This document shows positions 41,531-50,544 of a DNA stretch of 64,000 nt, piece by piece. The number at the start of each line of letters is the position of its first letter. Position 1 is the stretch's first letter. Both the position numbers and the translations under genes were made by a program. A model generated the notes under the pieces. That model did not search any database. It was not told the DNA's origin and was given only the letters and a program-made list of their open reading frames with translations. This stretch comes from an uncultured Clostridia bacterium (GTDB lineage: Bacteria; Bacillota; Clostridia; Christensenellales; DTU072): contig CAKQTC010000001.1 in the NCBI GenBank assembly GCA_934274515.1, positions 141,491 to 205,490 of the forward strand, written 5' to 3'.

Positions 41531-42208
41531 ATGTTTGACAACATAAAAGCGGATTTGGCGGTGGCGCTCGAAAAAGACCCTGCCGCAAAAAGTAAACTAG
41601 AAATAATTTTCACCTATGGTGGTTTCCGCGCGCTTTGCTCTTATCGCAGAGCGCATTGGTTTTATATGCATAAAATGAAAATGCTCGCGTTTATAATCAC
41701 GGCGCGCGCGCGTAGAAACTACGGTATAGAAATTCATCCTGCGGCAAAAATCGGTAAAGGTATATTTATCGACCACGGCGTAGGCGTTATTATCGGAGAA
41801 ACCACGGAAATCGGCGACAACGTAACCATTTATCAGGGCGTTACACTCGGCGGTACGGGTAAAGAAACGGGCAAACGTCACCCTACGATAGAGAACAACG
41901 TTATGGTGTGCGCAGGCGCAAAAATTCTCGGGCCCGTCACAATCGGGGAATACTCGAAAATCGGCGCGGGTAGCGTCGTGCTTAAAGACGTTCCCCCGCA
42001 TTGCACGGTCGTAGGCGTTCCGGGCAGAATTGTTCGTATGCACGGCGAAAAATATCGCGATATGGACCAAAAACTCCCTGACCCCGTTTTGGAAGAATTC
42101 GCTCGCCTTAACGCTCGATTAGAAGTTATAGAAAAAAATTTGAATATCTCGTCCTGCCGCTACTCGATAGCGCAACAAATGGAAGAACGAGATAACGACG
42201 GAGAATAA
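41531..42208 (+). CDS. cysE: Serine O-acetyltransferase
   Basis: 225 aa. Contains DPAAKSKLEIIFTYGGFRAL..YRRAHWF and the hexapeptide repeats GIEIHPAAKIGKGIFIDHGVGVIIGETTEIGDNVTIYQGVTLGG. Confidence 0.92.
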   Translation: MFDNIKADLAVALEKDPAAKSKLEIIFTYGGFRALCSYRRAHWFYMHKMKMLAFIITARARRNYGIEIHPAAKIGKGIFIDHGVGVIIGETTEIGDNVTIYQGVTLGGTGKETGKRHPTIENNVMVCAGAKILGPVTIGEYSKIGAGSVVLKDVPPHCTVVGVPGRIVRMHGEKYRDMDQKLPDPVLEEFARLNARLEVIEKNLNISSCRYSIAQQMEERDNDGE

Positions 42209-42220
42209 ACGGAGAATAAA

Positions 42221-43615
42221 ATGCTTAAAGTATACAATACGCTTACGCGTAAAAAAGAAGAGTTTACGCCCGTCCGCGACGGCGCGGTTTATATGTACTC
42301 TTGCGGACCGACCGTTTACAGTTACGCTCATATAGGCAATTTAAGAACCTACGTTTTTATGGACCTTGTGAGAAGAGTTATGAAATACGACGGGTACAAA
42401 CTGAAAGGCGTAATGAATATCACGGACGTAGGACACTTACTCGACGACGGCGACAGCGGCGAAGACAAAATGCAAAAAGCCGCGCGCGAACAGAAAAAAA
42501 CGCCGTGGGAAATCGCCGCATACTACACCGACGTTTTCTTTCGCGACCTTGCCGCGCTTAACATCGGCAAACCCGAAATAATAGCGAAAGCAACCGACCA
42601 TATCCCGGAAATGATAGAATTCGTGCAAAAACTGCTCGAAAAAGGCTATGCGTATGAAATAAGCGACGGCATTTACTTCGACATATCCAAATTCCCGTCC
42701 TACGGTAAACTGTCGGGACAAACTATCGACGAAAAAGAAGCGGGCGCACGCGTGGAAGAAAACAGTGAAAAACGTCACCCTGCCGACTTCGCGCTTTGGA
42801 AAAAGGCGGACAAAAACCACATAATGCAATGGGAAAGCCCGTGGGGTATGGGTTACCCCGGTTGGCACATCGAATGTAGCGCAATGAGCAGAAAATACCT
42901 GGGCGAAGTGTTCGATTTGCATACGGGCGGCATAGACGCCGTTCCCGTTCACCACGAAAACGAAATAGCCCAAAACGAGGCGCTCGCCGGGAAACAAACC
43001 GTAAACTACTGGATGCACGGCGAATTTATGATGGTAGACGGCGGCAAAATGAGCAAAAGTTTAGGCAACGTGTACACCATAAAACAACTCGAAGGCAAAG
43101 GTTACGACGCGCTCGACTTCCGTTTCTTCTGCCTTAACGCTCACTATCGGAAAAAACTCAATTTCACGTTTGAAGGGCTTACCGCCGCGAGGACGTCGAG
43201 AGAACGTATACTGGCTTCTCTTGCAAAACACAAAGCGTCCCCCGCTCCGACCGAAAGTGGAAAACTCGACGAGTATAAAAAACAGTTTATCGACGCGATA
43301 AACGACGACATCAATATCCCGCTCGCGCTCGGCGTGCTGTTCAATATGCTGAAAGAACCTGCAAGTAAAGATATTTACGCGCTCGCGCTCGACTTCGACA
43401 GAGTATTCGGACTTAACTTCGACAAACTTCCCGAGGAAGCGAAAAAGGAAGAGCCTACGGACGTTCCCGAAGAAGTTAAACAACTGGTCGAAAAGAGAAA
43501 ACAGGCGAAAAAAGACAAGAATTTCGCGCTTGCGGACGAAATCAGAGCAGAAATAAGCAAACTCGGCTACTCCGTGTCGGATACGAGAGAAGGTGTAAAA
43601 ATAACGAAAAACTAA
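42221..43615 (+). CDS. cysS: Cysteinyl-tRNA synthetase
   Basis: 464 aa. Contains [15 protein letters not shown] (the HIGH region), WHIECS and KMSKS. Confidence 0.95.
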   Translation: MLKVYNTLTRKKEEFTPVRDGAVYMYSCGPTVYSYAHIGNLRTYVFMDLVRRVMKYDGYKLKGVMNITDVGHLLDDGDSGEDKMQKAAREQKKTPWEIAAYYTDVFFRDLAALNIGKPEIIAKATDHIPEMIEFVQKLLEKGYAYEISDGIYFDISKFPSYGKLSGQTIDEKEAGARVEENSEKRHPADFALWKKADKNHIMQWESPWGMGYPGWHIECSAMSRKYLGEVFDLHTGGIDAVPVHHENEIAQNEALAGKQTVNYWMHGEFMMVDGGKMSKSLGNVYTIKQLEGKGYDALDFRFFCLNAHYRKKLNFTFEGLTAARTSRERILASLAKHKASPAPTESGKLDEYKKQFIDAINDDINIPLALGVLFNMLKEPASKDIYALALDFDRVFGLNFDKLPEEAKKEEPTDVPEEVKQLVEKRKQAKKDKNFALADEIRAEISKLGYSVSDTREGVKITKN

Positions 43616-43636
43616 CCGCAAAAGAAGGTGTCGAAA

Positions 43637-44068
43637 ATGATGGTTTCTACCAAAGGGCGTTACGCTTTAAGAGTGCTTATCGACCTTGCCGAACACGACG
43701 GCGAGGGTTTCGTCACGCTAAAAGACGTCGCCGCGCGCCAAAACATATCTAAAAAATACCTAGAACAAATCGTGCCTATGCTTAACAAGGCAGATATCGT
43801 AATAGGCAGTCGCGGTTTTCAAGGCGGATATATGCTTGCAAAAAAACCATCGGAAATAACCGTCGGCGACGTGCTTAGAATAACCGAAGGCAGCCTAGCC
43901 CCGGTCGCGTGCCTGGATAAAGAACCGTTCGGTTGCGACAGGAAAAACGACTGCCTTACGCTCCCCGTTTGGAAAGGTCTATACAAAACGATAACGGATT
44001 ATCTTGACGGCATATCCTTGCGCGACGTTCTCGACAACGCCGACTCCGCCGATAATTACGTTATTTAA
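43637..44068 (+). CDS. Rrf2-family transcriptional regulator (CymR/IscR-like)
   Basis: STKGRYALRVLIDLA is followed by a winged helix-turn-helix (ISKKYLEQIV). Three clustered Cys residues (ACLDKEPFGCDRKNDC) are present. ATG 43637 is preferred over GTG 43628. Confidence 0.85.
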   Translation: MMVSTKGRYALRVLIDLAEHDGEGFVTLKDVAARQNISKKYLEQIVPMLNKADIVIGSRGFQGGYMLAKKPSEITVGDVLRITEGSLAPVACLDKEPFGCDRKNDCLTLPVWKGLYKTITDYLDGISLRDVLDNADSADNYVI

Positions 44069-44092
44069 TTTAGATTTGTTACAAAAATTTTT

Positions 44093-44123
44093 TGCCTTCC
44101 CTATTTTCGGGAAGGCATTTTTT
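44093..44123 (+). terminator. Terminator of the cysE-cysS-rrf2 unit
   Basis: tgccttccc-tattttc-gggaaggca followed by tttttt. Confidence 0.75.
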
Positions 44124-44291
44124 ATAACAACGCAAATGCGTGATAAACTATGATTTCGGCGGAAACCGTCGGTGTCTTACGGTTTTTTCGCAAATCGCCG
44201 TTTTGGAATACTACGCTAAAAACTATTTCAAGTAAGTTTTCTCGTTTATGGTGTAAATCCTTTTATTTGATGAAAATTATTTCGCCGTAGT

Positions 44292-45218
44292 TCATTTGAA
44301 CATCTCGGTCGAAAGATACCTATCCCCCGTATCGGGCAAAAGCGCGACGATAAGTTTTCCTTTGTTTTCTTCTCGCTTTGCGAGTATGCTCGCCGCATGC
44401 AACGCCGCCCCGGAGGATATACCTACGAGTATGCCTTCTTTTTGAGCAAATTCTCTGCCTGCCGCAAACGCGTCGTCGTTTTCGATTGTCAACACTTCGT
44501 CGTAGACGCTCGTGTCGAGCGTGTCGGGGACGAATCCCGCTCCGATGCCTTGAATTTTATGCGCTCCCGCTACCCCTTTCGATAGAACAGGCGAAGAAGC
44601 CGGTTCGACCGCGACGATTTTTACGTTCGGGTTCTGCTCTTTAAGATACTTTCCCACTCCGCTTATCGTCCCGCCCGTTCCTACGCCTGCTACGAAAATA
44701 TCGACTTTGCCGTCGGTGTCCGCCCATATTTCCGGTCCCGTAGTAAGATAATGCGCTCTCGGGTTAACGGGGTTCGTAAACTGCCCTGCAATAAACGCTC
44801 CGTCTATCTCGGACGCGAGTTCTTCCGCTTTCTTTATCGCGCCTTTCATTCCTTTCGTGCCGTCGGTAAGCACGATTTCCGCGCCGTACGCCTTGATAAG
44901 ATTGCGCCTTTCCACCGACATCGTTTCGGGCATGGTTATGATTATTCTGTACCCCTTAGCCGCCGCTATCGCCGCAAGCCCGATACCCGTGTTTCCGCTC
45001 GTAGGCTCGATAATGACCGACCCCGCTCTAAGTTTGCCCGTCTTCTCCGCATCTTCTATCATCGCTTTCGCTACCCTGTCTTTAACCGAACCGGCAGGAT
45101 TAAAATATTCTATCTTTACCGCAACTCGACCCAAAAAGTCCTTTCCTTGCGCAAAATTCCGCACTTCGAGCATCGGCGTCTTCCCTATAAGTTCCGTCAT
45201 CGATTTATATATATTCAT
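44292..45218 (-). CDS. cysK: Cysteine synthase A (O-acetylserine sulfhydrylase)
   Basis: 308 aa. Contains the PLP-lysine region NPAGSVKDR, SGNTGIGLA and GTGGTISG. Confidence 0.93.
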   Translation of the reverse strand: MNIYKSMTELIGKTPMLEVRNFAQGKDFLGRVAVKIEYFNPAGSVKDRVAKAMIEDAEKTGKLRAGSVIIEPTSGNTGIGLAAIAAAKGYRIIITMPETMSVERRNLIKAYGAEIVLTDGTKGMKGAIKKAEELASEIDGAFIAGQFTNPVNPRAHYLTTGPEIWADTDGKVDIFVAGVGTGGTISGVGKYLKEQNPNVKIVAVEPASSPVLSKGVAGAHKIQGIGAGFVPDTLDTSVYDEVLTIENDDAFAAGREFAQKEGILVGISSGAALHAASILAKREENKGKLIVALLPDTGDRYLSTEMFK

Positions 45219-45264
45219 TTGCCCTTCTCTCCTTAATTCCTAGTTTACCTAGTTGTTTAATAGG

Positions 45265-45293
45265 ATTATATCTTTATCGAAAAAGTTTGTCAA
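45265..45293 (-). promoter_or_regulatory. Consensus sigma-A promoter of cysK, followed by a possible Rrf2/CymR-type operator
   Basis: Minus strand reads TTGACA (45293-45288), a 17-nt spacer, then TATAAT (45270-45265). Downstream, aaacaactaggtaaactaggaattaagg contains ctagg-taaa-ctagg and TAGGAATTA. Confidence 0.7.
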
Positions 45294-45303
45294 TCGATTT
45301 ATG

Positions 45304-45334
45304 AAAAAAAACGGACTTGCCGTCCGTTTTTTTT
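45304..45334 (-). terminator. rplL terminator
   Basis: Minus strand reads aaaaaaaacggac-ggcaa-gtccgtttttttt. Confidence 0.7.
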
Positions 45335-45452
45335 GTATGCCAAAAATTAGGTTGTTTGTGGCGGAGCGGATAAGGTACGTTTTTACCGTTTACGACTTGA
45401 CTTTCGAGACGGTAAGCGAACGAACCTTTATGCTCCTTGTGTGGTAAGAAGA

Positions 45453-45827
45453 TTACTTAATTTCTACTTCTGCGCCGGCTGCTTTGAGTTTCTCGGCGAG
45501 TTCGTCGGCAACTTCTTTGCTTACGCCTTCTTTAACCGCTTTGGGCGCGCCGTCAACCATAGCCTTAGCGTCAACCAAGCCAAGACCGGTCGCTTCTCTT
45601 ACCGCTTTGATAACTGCGATTTTGTTTGCGCCTGCCGCTTTGAGTACTACGTCAAATTCGGTTTTTTCTTCTTCTGCCGCAGCAGCGGGAGCAGCCGCAG
45701 CACCGGCAACTGCCATAGGAGCAGCCGCGCTTACGCCAAATTCTTCTTCGAGAGCCTTAACGAGGTCGTTAAGTTCGAGAACAGTCATAGATTTAACTTC
45801 TTCGATTATTTTAGCAATGTCTGCCAT
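45453..45827 (-). CDS. rplL: 50S ribosomal protein L7/L12
   Basis: 124 aa with an Ala-rich hinge ([18 protein letters not shown]) and a C-terminal domain reading [19 protein letters not shown]. Confidence 0.97.
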   Translation of the reverse strand: MADIAKIIEEVKSMTVLELNDLVKALEEEFGVSAAAPMAVAGAAAAPAAAAEEEKTEFDVVLKAAGANKIAVIKAVREATGLGLVDAKAMVDGAPKAVKEGVSKEVADELAEKLKAAGAEVEIK

Positions 45828-45857
45828 TTTTGAATTCCTCCGTTATATTTTATAAAA

Positions 45858-46349
45858 TTATTCGGCTTTTTCCGCAATAGCGGCAATACATCTCGCAAAT
45901 CTCGAAACGGGCGATTGCAACAGTCCGAGTATTTGAGAAATAAGACCTTCTCTGCTGGGTAAGGTAGCCAAAACCTTGCACCCTTCTTCATCAAGATATT
46001 TACCGTCTACAAATCCGCATTTAACAGCCATTTTCTTATAAGCCTTTGCTTTGTCCATGGCAATTTTAGCGGGAGCGGCAATATCGTCCGAGCCTAACGC
46101 AATAGCCGTAGGTCCGTTAAGCGCGTCGTCGAACTGGTTATAACCGAGTTCGTTAAGAGCGATTTTCATAAGTCTGTTTTTGTAAACGTGATAACTTACG
46201 CCCGATTTACGGAATTCGCTACGCAGCGCGGTGTCTTCGGCAACGGTCAAGCCCTTGTAGTCAACCAAAACAAAAGAACTCGCTTTTTCGAGTTTTGCTT
46301 TTATTTCGGCAACTTTTTCGACTTTCGCATCTCTAAACGCTGACATCAA
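45858..46349 (-). CDS. rplJ: 50S ribosomal protein L10
   Basis: 163 aa. Contains VLVDYKGLTVAEDTALR and lies directly upstream of rplL. Confidence 0.93.
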   Translation of the reverse strand: MMSAFRDAKVEKVAEIKAKLEKASSFVLVDYKGLTVAEDTALRSEFRKSGVSYHVYKNRLMKIALNELGYNQFDDALNGPTAIALGSDDIAAPAKIAMDKAKAYKKMAVKCGFVDGKYLDEEGCKVLATLPSREGLISQILGLLQSPVSRFARCIAAIAEKAE

Positions 46350-46585
46350 AACCTCCTTACAGAATAACTTTTATACCGTTTTTGGCAATATACTTTTTTA
46401 TTTTCCGATATAACGCCGAAAAGCGAACGTCGGACAAACAAAAACTCCGTACGATCATAGACCATACGGAGTAACGTAACTTTTTTGTTAAAAGCAATTC
46501 GTTTCCCGTTCTATGCAGGCTCTCGAATGAGATTACGCTCTCGCACCGTGCAGTCTATGAACAAGTAATTCATTTTTGCTCTATC
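46350..46585 (-). promoter_or_regulatory. rplJ 5' leader of about 230 nt with an internal attenuator hairpin (L10-leader-like)
   Basis: A long UTR lies between the consensus promoter and the rplJ SD. The minus strand has ctccgta-tggtctatgatcg-tacggag followed by tttttgtttg (about 46436-46472). This fits the Firmicutes L10-leader autoregulatory attenuator. Its secondary structure was not verified. Confidence 0.5.
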
Positions 46586-46614
46586 ATTATACTTTTGATA
46601 AATTCGCTTGTCAA
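46586..46614 (-). promoter_or_regulatory. Consensus sigma-A promoter of rplJ-rplL
   Basis: Minus strand reads TTGACA (46614-46609), a 17-nt spacer, then TATAAT (46591-46586). Confidence 0.75.
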
Positions 46615-46673
46615 GCAAATTTACCTTCATTATTTCAATCCCCACTAAAAACACGTTAATTTACGAGCAGATT

Positions 46674-47579
46674 TTAGCAATGGGCGCGGAAAAAGTCCGT
46701 CATTCTGTCTATCGTGCGCCTGCTTTCGGGATATTCGGACGGGTACAGCACGCTAAAAACGTGTTCCAGTTTATGTCCGTTCCCTTTCGGGTAGTCGTCG
46801 AGAAAGTTCTCTATTCCCCTATCGTCGAGAAGTTCTTTGAATTTTATCGTGGCTCCGCGTATCATATCTTCTTTACTCGTCACGAGGTACGACGGCGGAA
46901 AATATCCTTTATCTATTATATCGCAAAATGCAAGATAATCTTTGTACGGCGATTTTTTACGTCCGCCTTTGCCGAAAATTCCCGGAGATAACATCGCGGC
47001 AAGCCCGGAATCGAAGAAAAACATTCCGCTCGTGAACCCTGCCGCCTTTATGTCGAGATTAATATCCCCCACGCCGTAAACTCTTCTCAATTCCGCGCTC
47101 GTCACGGCAAGAGCGGAGTACGCCGCAAGCAGTCCGCCCGCGCTGTCGCCCGTTATGAACACCCTTTCTCGGTCGCAAGGGTACGCGTCGATGTTCTCCC
47201 CGATATATTTCAACGCGTTAAGCACGTCAACCAAACACGTCGGAAACCTGTCTTCGGGGCAAAGCGAATAACTTACGTTTATCACCGTAAATCCTCGTTT
47301 CACAAGATGATAACAGTAGTTTTTGTTAAGTTCTTTATAAGCATACATAAGTCCGCCGCCGTGAATGTCGATAATACACGGCAGTTTTTCCGTTTCTTTC
47401 CCTTCGGGAAAATAAACGTCGAAAAGATGCGCCCGCTTGCCGTCTTCGACGTACGGCACGTCTAGTATCGCGCTGACTCCTTCCGGCAAAGTCTGCTTTT
47501 CCATCCTCTTACGGTCGTTGCTTTCTATTATATTATCCCAAAAATACTTGTACGCTTTGTCGATTAAACGCATAAACAC
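46674..47579 (-). CDS. Alpha/beta hydrolase, HSL-type esterase/lipase
   Basis: 301 aa. Contains the oxyanion motif HGGG (IIDIHGGGLMY) and the nucleophile elbow GDSAGG. Confidence 0.8.
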   Translation of the reverse strand: MFMRLIDKAYKYFWDNIIESNDRKRMEKQTLPEGVSAILDVPYVEDGKRAHLFDVYFPEGKETEKLPCIIDIHGGGLMYAYKELNKNYCYHLVKRGFTVINVSYSLCPEDRFPTCLVDVLNALKYIGENIDAYPCDRERVFITGDSAGGLLAAYSALAVTSAELRRVYGVGDINLDIKAAGFTSGMFFFDSGLAAMLSPGIFGKGGRKKSPYKDYLAFCDIIDKGYFPPSYLVTSKEDMIRGATIKFKELLDDRGIENFLDDYPKGNGHKLEHVFSVLYPSEYPESRRTIDRMTDFFRAHC

Positions 47580-47916
47580 CCCTTCGCGCGCTTTTTCTTA
47601 TATTTTATCATATTGTTTAATTCATATCAATAAGTTTTCTCTCTTTTTCGTGAAATTTCGACAATTCGCAATTCCTTCTTTCTCCCTTAATCGAAAAAAA
47701 CTACGCATCGTTTGTTTTTTTTCGGTTTTGCAACGAAAAAGCCGTTTCGTTACATAAATAAACAACAAACAACGGCTATCCCCGACGGAATTTGATTTGT
47801 CGCGGTTACAAAATTTTCTTAAAAATGTTTTTAGCCGCTTTATTTCGCAAATGCGTTGTGCTATACTATAACGTAGATAGAAATAGGGCGAAAATAAAAA
47901 CAAGGAGGCACGGAAT

Positions 47917-48951
47917 ATGAAAATTCTCGTTACCGGCGGCGCGGGTTATATCGCGAGCCATACAAATTTAATCCTTCTTGAAAAAGGATACGAAGTCGTC
48001 GTCTTAGACAATCTCTGCAACAGCAGCAAGGAAAGCGTAAGACGCGTTGAAAAAATGAGCGGAAAAACCGTTCGTTTTTACGAGGGCGATTGCCGCGATA
48101 AAGACTTACTTCGTAAAATATTCGACGAAAACAAAATCGACGCGGTTATTCACTTCGCAGGACTTAAAGCCGTGGGCGAAAGTTGCGCAAAACCGCTCCT
48201 TTACTACAATAATAACTTAGGAAGCAATCTCGCACTTGCCGAAGTTATGAGCGAAAAAGGCTGCAAAAATCTTGTTTTCAGTTCTTCTGCAACCGTCTAT
48301 GGTATCCCAAAGTCCCTGCCTTTGACCGAAAAGAGCGAACTGGGCGTCACCGAAAAATATCCGCTTGGCGTAACCAACCCTTACGGCGCGACCAAACTTA
48401 TGGGCGAACAAATGTTTCGCGATTTTTACGCCGCGGACAATTCTTGGAACATAATGTTACTGCGTTATTTTAACCCGGTAGGCGCTCATCCGAGCGGCAA
48501 TATCGGCGAAGACCCGCAAGGACTCCCGAACAATCTTATGCCCTACGTAAGTCAAGTGGCAGTAGGCAAACTTCCGTATTTGAACGTATTCGGTAACGAT
48601 TATCCGACGCACGACGGAACAGGCGTAAGGGATTATATTCACGTAGTCGACCTTGCGAGAGCGCACATACTCGCGCTAGAACATCTCGACGGTTGCGGCA
48701 TAGGCGTATATAACATCGGCACGGGCGTAGGCTATTCCGTACTCGATATGGTAAAGGCCTTTGAAAAAGCGTGCGGACACGAAATCCCCTACAAAATTTG
48801 TCCTAGAAGGGCGGGCGACGTTGCGGAATGTTATGCGAACTGCGACAAGGCCGAAAAAGAACTCGGGTTCAAAACGGAATTCGGACTTGAAGAAATGTGC
48901 CGCGACCTGTGGAAATGGCAATCTCGCAACCCGAACGGTTACAAAAACTAA
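47917..48951 (+). CDS. galE: UDP-glucose 4-epimerase
   Basis: 344 aa. Contains [15 protein letters not shown], the SSSATVYG and YGATK catalytic motifs, and [12 protein letters not shown]. Confidence 0.93.
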   Translation: MKILVTGGAGYIASHTNLILLEKGYEVVVLDNLCNSSKESVRRVEKMSGKTVRFYEGDCRDKDLLRKIFDENKIDAVIHFAGLKAVGESCAKPLLYYNNNLGSNLALAEVMSEKGCKNLVFSSSATVYGIPKSLPLTEKSELGVTEKYPLGVTNPYGATKLMGEQMFRDFYAADNSWNIMLLRYFNPVGAHPSGNIGEDPQGLPNNLMPYVSQVAVGKLPYLNVFGNDYPTHDGTGVRDYIHVVDLARAHILALEHLDGCGIGVYNIGTGVGYSVLDMVKAFEKACGHEIPYKICPRRAGDVAECYANCDKAEKELGFKTEFGLEEMCRDLWKWQSRNPNGYKN

Positions 48952-48966
48952 ACGAAAAACGCTTAC

Positions 48967-49000
48967 AAAACGGCGGAACGCGACGTTCTGCCGTTTTTTT
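48967..49000 (+). terminator. galE terminator
   Basis: aaaacggcggaacg-cga-cgttctgccgttttttt (one G-U pair). Confidence 0.7.
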
Positions 49001-49127
49001 AGCCGCTTTTTTTAGCCGCTTTTTCGTAAAAAACGATATTACTTATTTTTACGCAAAAATAACGTTGCCGAAATTGATTTTCGGTTTTTTTTGATGTATC
49101 ATATACTGCGAATACGAAAGGAAAAAA

Positions 49128-49922
49128 ATGTACGAAATTTTTGATAGTCACGCTCATATTTACCCCGACAAAATCGCAAGCAAAGCCTCGACGGTTATCG
49201 GTCAATTTTACGATATTAAGATGAATTGCAACGGCTCGGTTGACGGTTTACTCTCTCTCGGGAAAAAGGCAGGCATAAGCCGTTATCTCGTCCACTCGGT
49301 GGCGACTGTTCCTCATCAAGTCAAGTCGATTAACCGTTTTATTTCAGAGCAAACTTCTCTACATCCGGAGTTTATCGGATTTATGACTTTGCACCCGGAT
49401 ATGACGGTCGCCGAGATTGAAGATGAACTAAGTTTTTGCCTTCGCGCAGGGTTTCGCGGAATCAAACTGCATCCCGATTTTCAAAAATTCGCCATAAATT
49501 CGCCCAACGCAAGAAAAATATACGACGTTGCCTGTCCTTATTTCCCTATTCTTTTTCACACCGGCGACGTGCGATATAACTATTCGCACCCCGAATTTCT
49601 TGCCGAGATAGCAAAAGACTACCCTTCTGCACGGTTTATCGGAGCGCATTTCGGCGGTTACAGTTGTTGGAAACAGGCTCGCGAAGCATACAAAGGCTTA
49701 AACAACGTGTTTTTCGACACTTCTTCGTCCCTTCCGTTTCTGCCGCCCGACAAAGCGGCGCGTCTGATACGCGAGATGGGTTCGGAACGGTTCTTTTTCG
49801 GAACGGACTACCCGATGTGGCTCCCCGACGAAGAAATCGCGCGTTTTCTTGCTCTCGACCTTACCGAAACAGAACGCGAAAATATTTTGTCTAAAAACCT
49901 CTCCGCATTTTTAGAACTATAA
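49128..49922 (+). CDS. Amidohydrolase-2 family metal-dependent hydrolase (TIM barrel)
   Basis: 264 aa. Contains the N-terminal FDSHAHIYP metal motif, a later HP.F and a FGTDYP block. Confidence 0.7.
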   Translation: MYEIFDSHAHIYPDKIASKASTVIGQFYDIKMNCNGSVDGLLSLGKKAGISRYLVHSVATVPHQVKSINRFISEQTSLHPEFIGFMTLHPDMTVAEIEDELSFCLRAGFRGIKLHPDFQKFAINSPNARKIYDVACPYFPILFHTGDVRYNYSHPEFLAEIAKDYPSARFIGAHFGGYSCWKQAREAYKGLNNVFFDTSSSLPFLPPDKAARLIREMGSERFFFGTDYPMWLPDEEIARFLALDLTETERENILSKNLSAFLEL

Positions 49923-49964
49923 AGTTTAACCTTAAACCTTATTATACGCGCATCGCGCGCGCGT

Positions 49965-49996
49965 GAAAAAACGGTTTTCTCTCGAAAACCGTTTTC
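49965..49996. terminator. Bidirectional terminator between convergent genes
   Basis: gaaaaaacggttttc-tctc-gaaaaccgttttc. Confidence 0.65.
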
Positions 49997-50034
49997 ATAT
50001 CGTGGTTTATTCTTTTTCAAAACCCGACCGCTTT

Positions 50035-50544
50035 TTATTTTTCGAAATAGCCAACCGCCAAACACAACGCTATCGCAAGCAGTACGTTCTGCCCGTCGGG
50101 TATGCGCGCGTTTACTAATTTGTCGTACAACGGGTGCGCGACCGCCTGAACGAGGGTTTCGGGTTTTACCGTGTTTTTCGCTTTGATAAAAATTTCATAC
50201 TGCGCGTCCGACGCGTTACCGAAAAATATGAGTTCGCCGAGCGTTCTCTCTTTTTCGACGTTTAACTTTTCATCTCGTTCTCTACGGCGTTTTCTTTTTT
50301 TATTTTCCGTCGGTTTAACGAATTTTACCCCGTCGCCGTTCCGTTCGAGCGCGACGCTTCCGCCGTCTGCCAACGCGACGACTACCTGCGTTTCGTTTTT
50401 ATCGATTTGCGCCACGGGTTTACCCGTATTGTTAAATATTATCAACCCGTTTTTTACGGGCGACAACCTAAACAACGGTACGTCGTTCGGTAAAATCGCT
50501 TCCTTCGTAAGATATTCCGCCCTTCTCGGCAAAGTCAGTATCAT
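50035..50544 (-). CDS. Hypothetical protein with a KRKRRRER patch and a C-terminal hydrophobic helix
   Basis: 169 aa. The start overlaps the stop of the upstream symporter gene (TAATG). No motif recognised. Confidence 0.45.
   Translation of the reverse strand: MILTLPRRAEYLTKEAILPNDVPLFRLSPVKNGLIIFNNTGKPVAQIDKNETQVVVALADGGSVALERNGDGVKFVKPTENKKRKRRRERDEKLNVEKERTLGELIFFGNASDAQYEIFIKAKNTVKPETLVQAVAHPLYDKLVNARIPDGQNVLLAIALCLAVGYFEK

Noticed and set aside
44130-44291. A small ORF (29 codons, MISAETVGVLRFF...) and a hairpin in the rrf2-cysK gap.
   Set aside because: It has no SD and no recognisable peptide features. The hairpin aaaccgt...acggttttttt is more simply a second terminator.
45335-45452. 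A tRNA-like or structured RNA between the rplL stop and its terminator (ggcggagcggataaggtacg...ggttcg on the minus strand).
   Set aside because: I could not fold it into a cloverleaf. There is no acceptor/T-arm pairing and no GTTCRA T-loop in the right register. It contains only short hairpins and is probably just 3' UTR.
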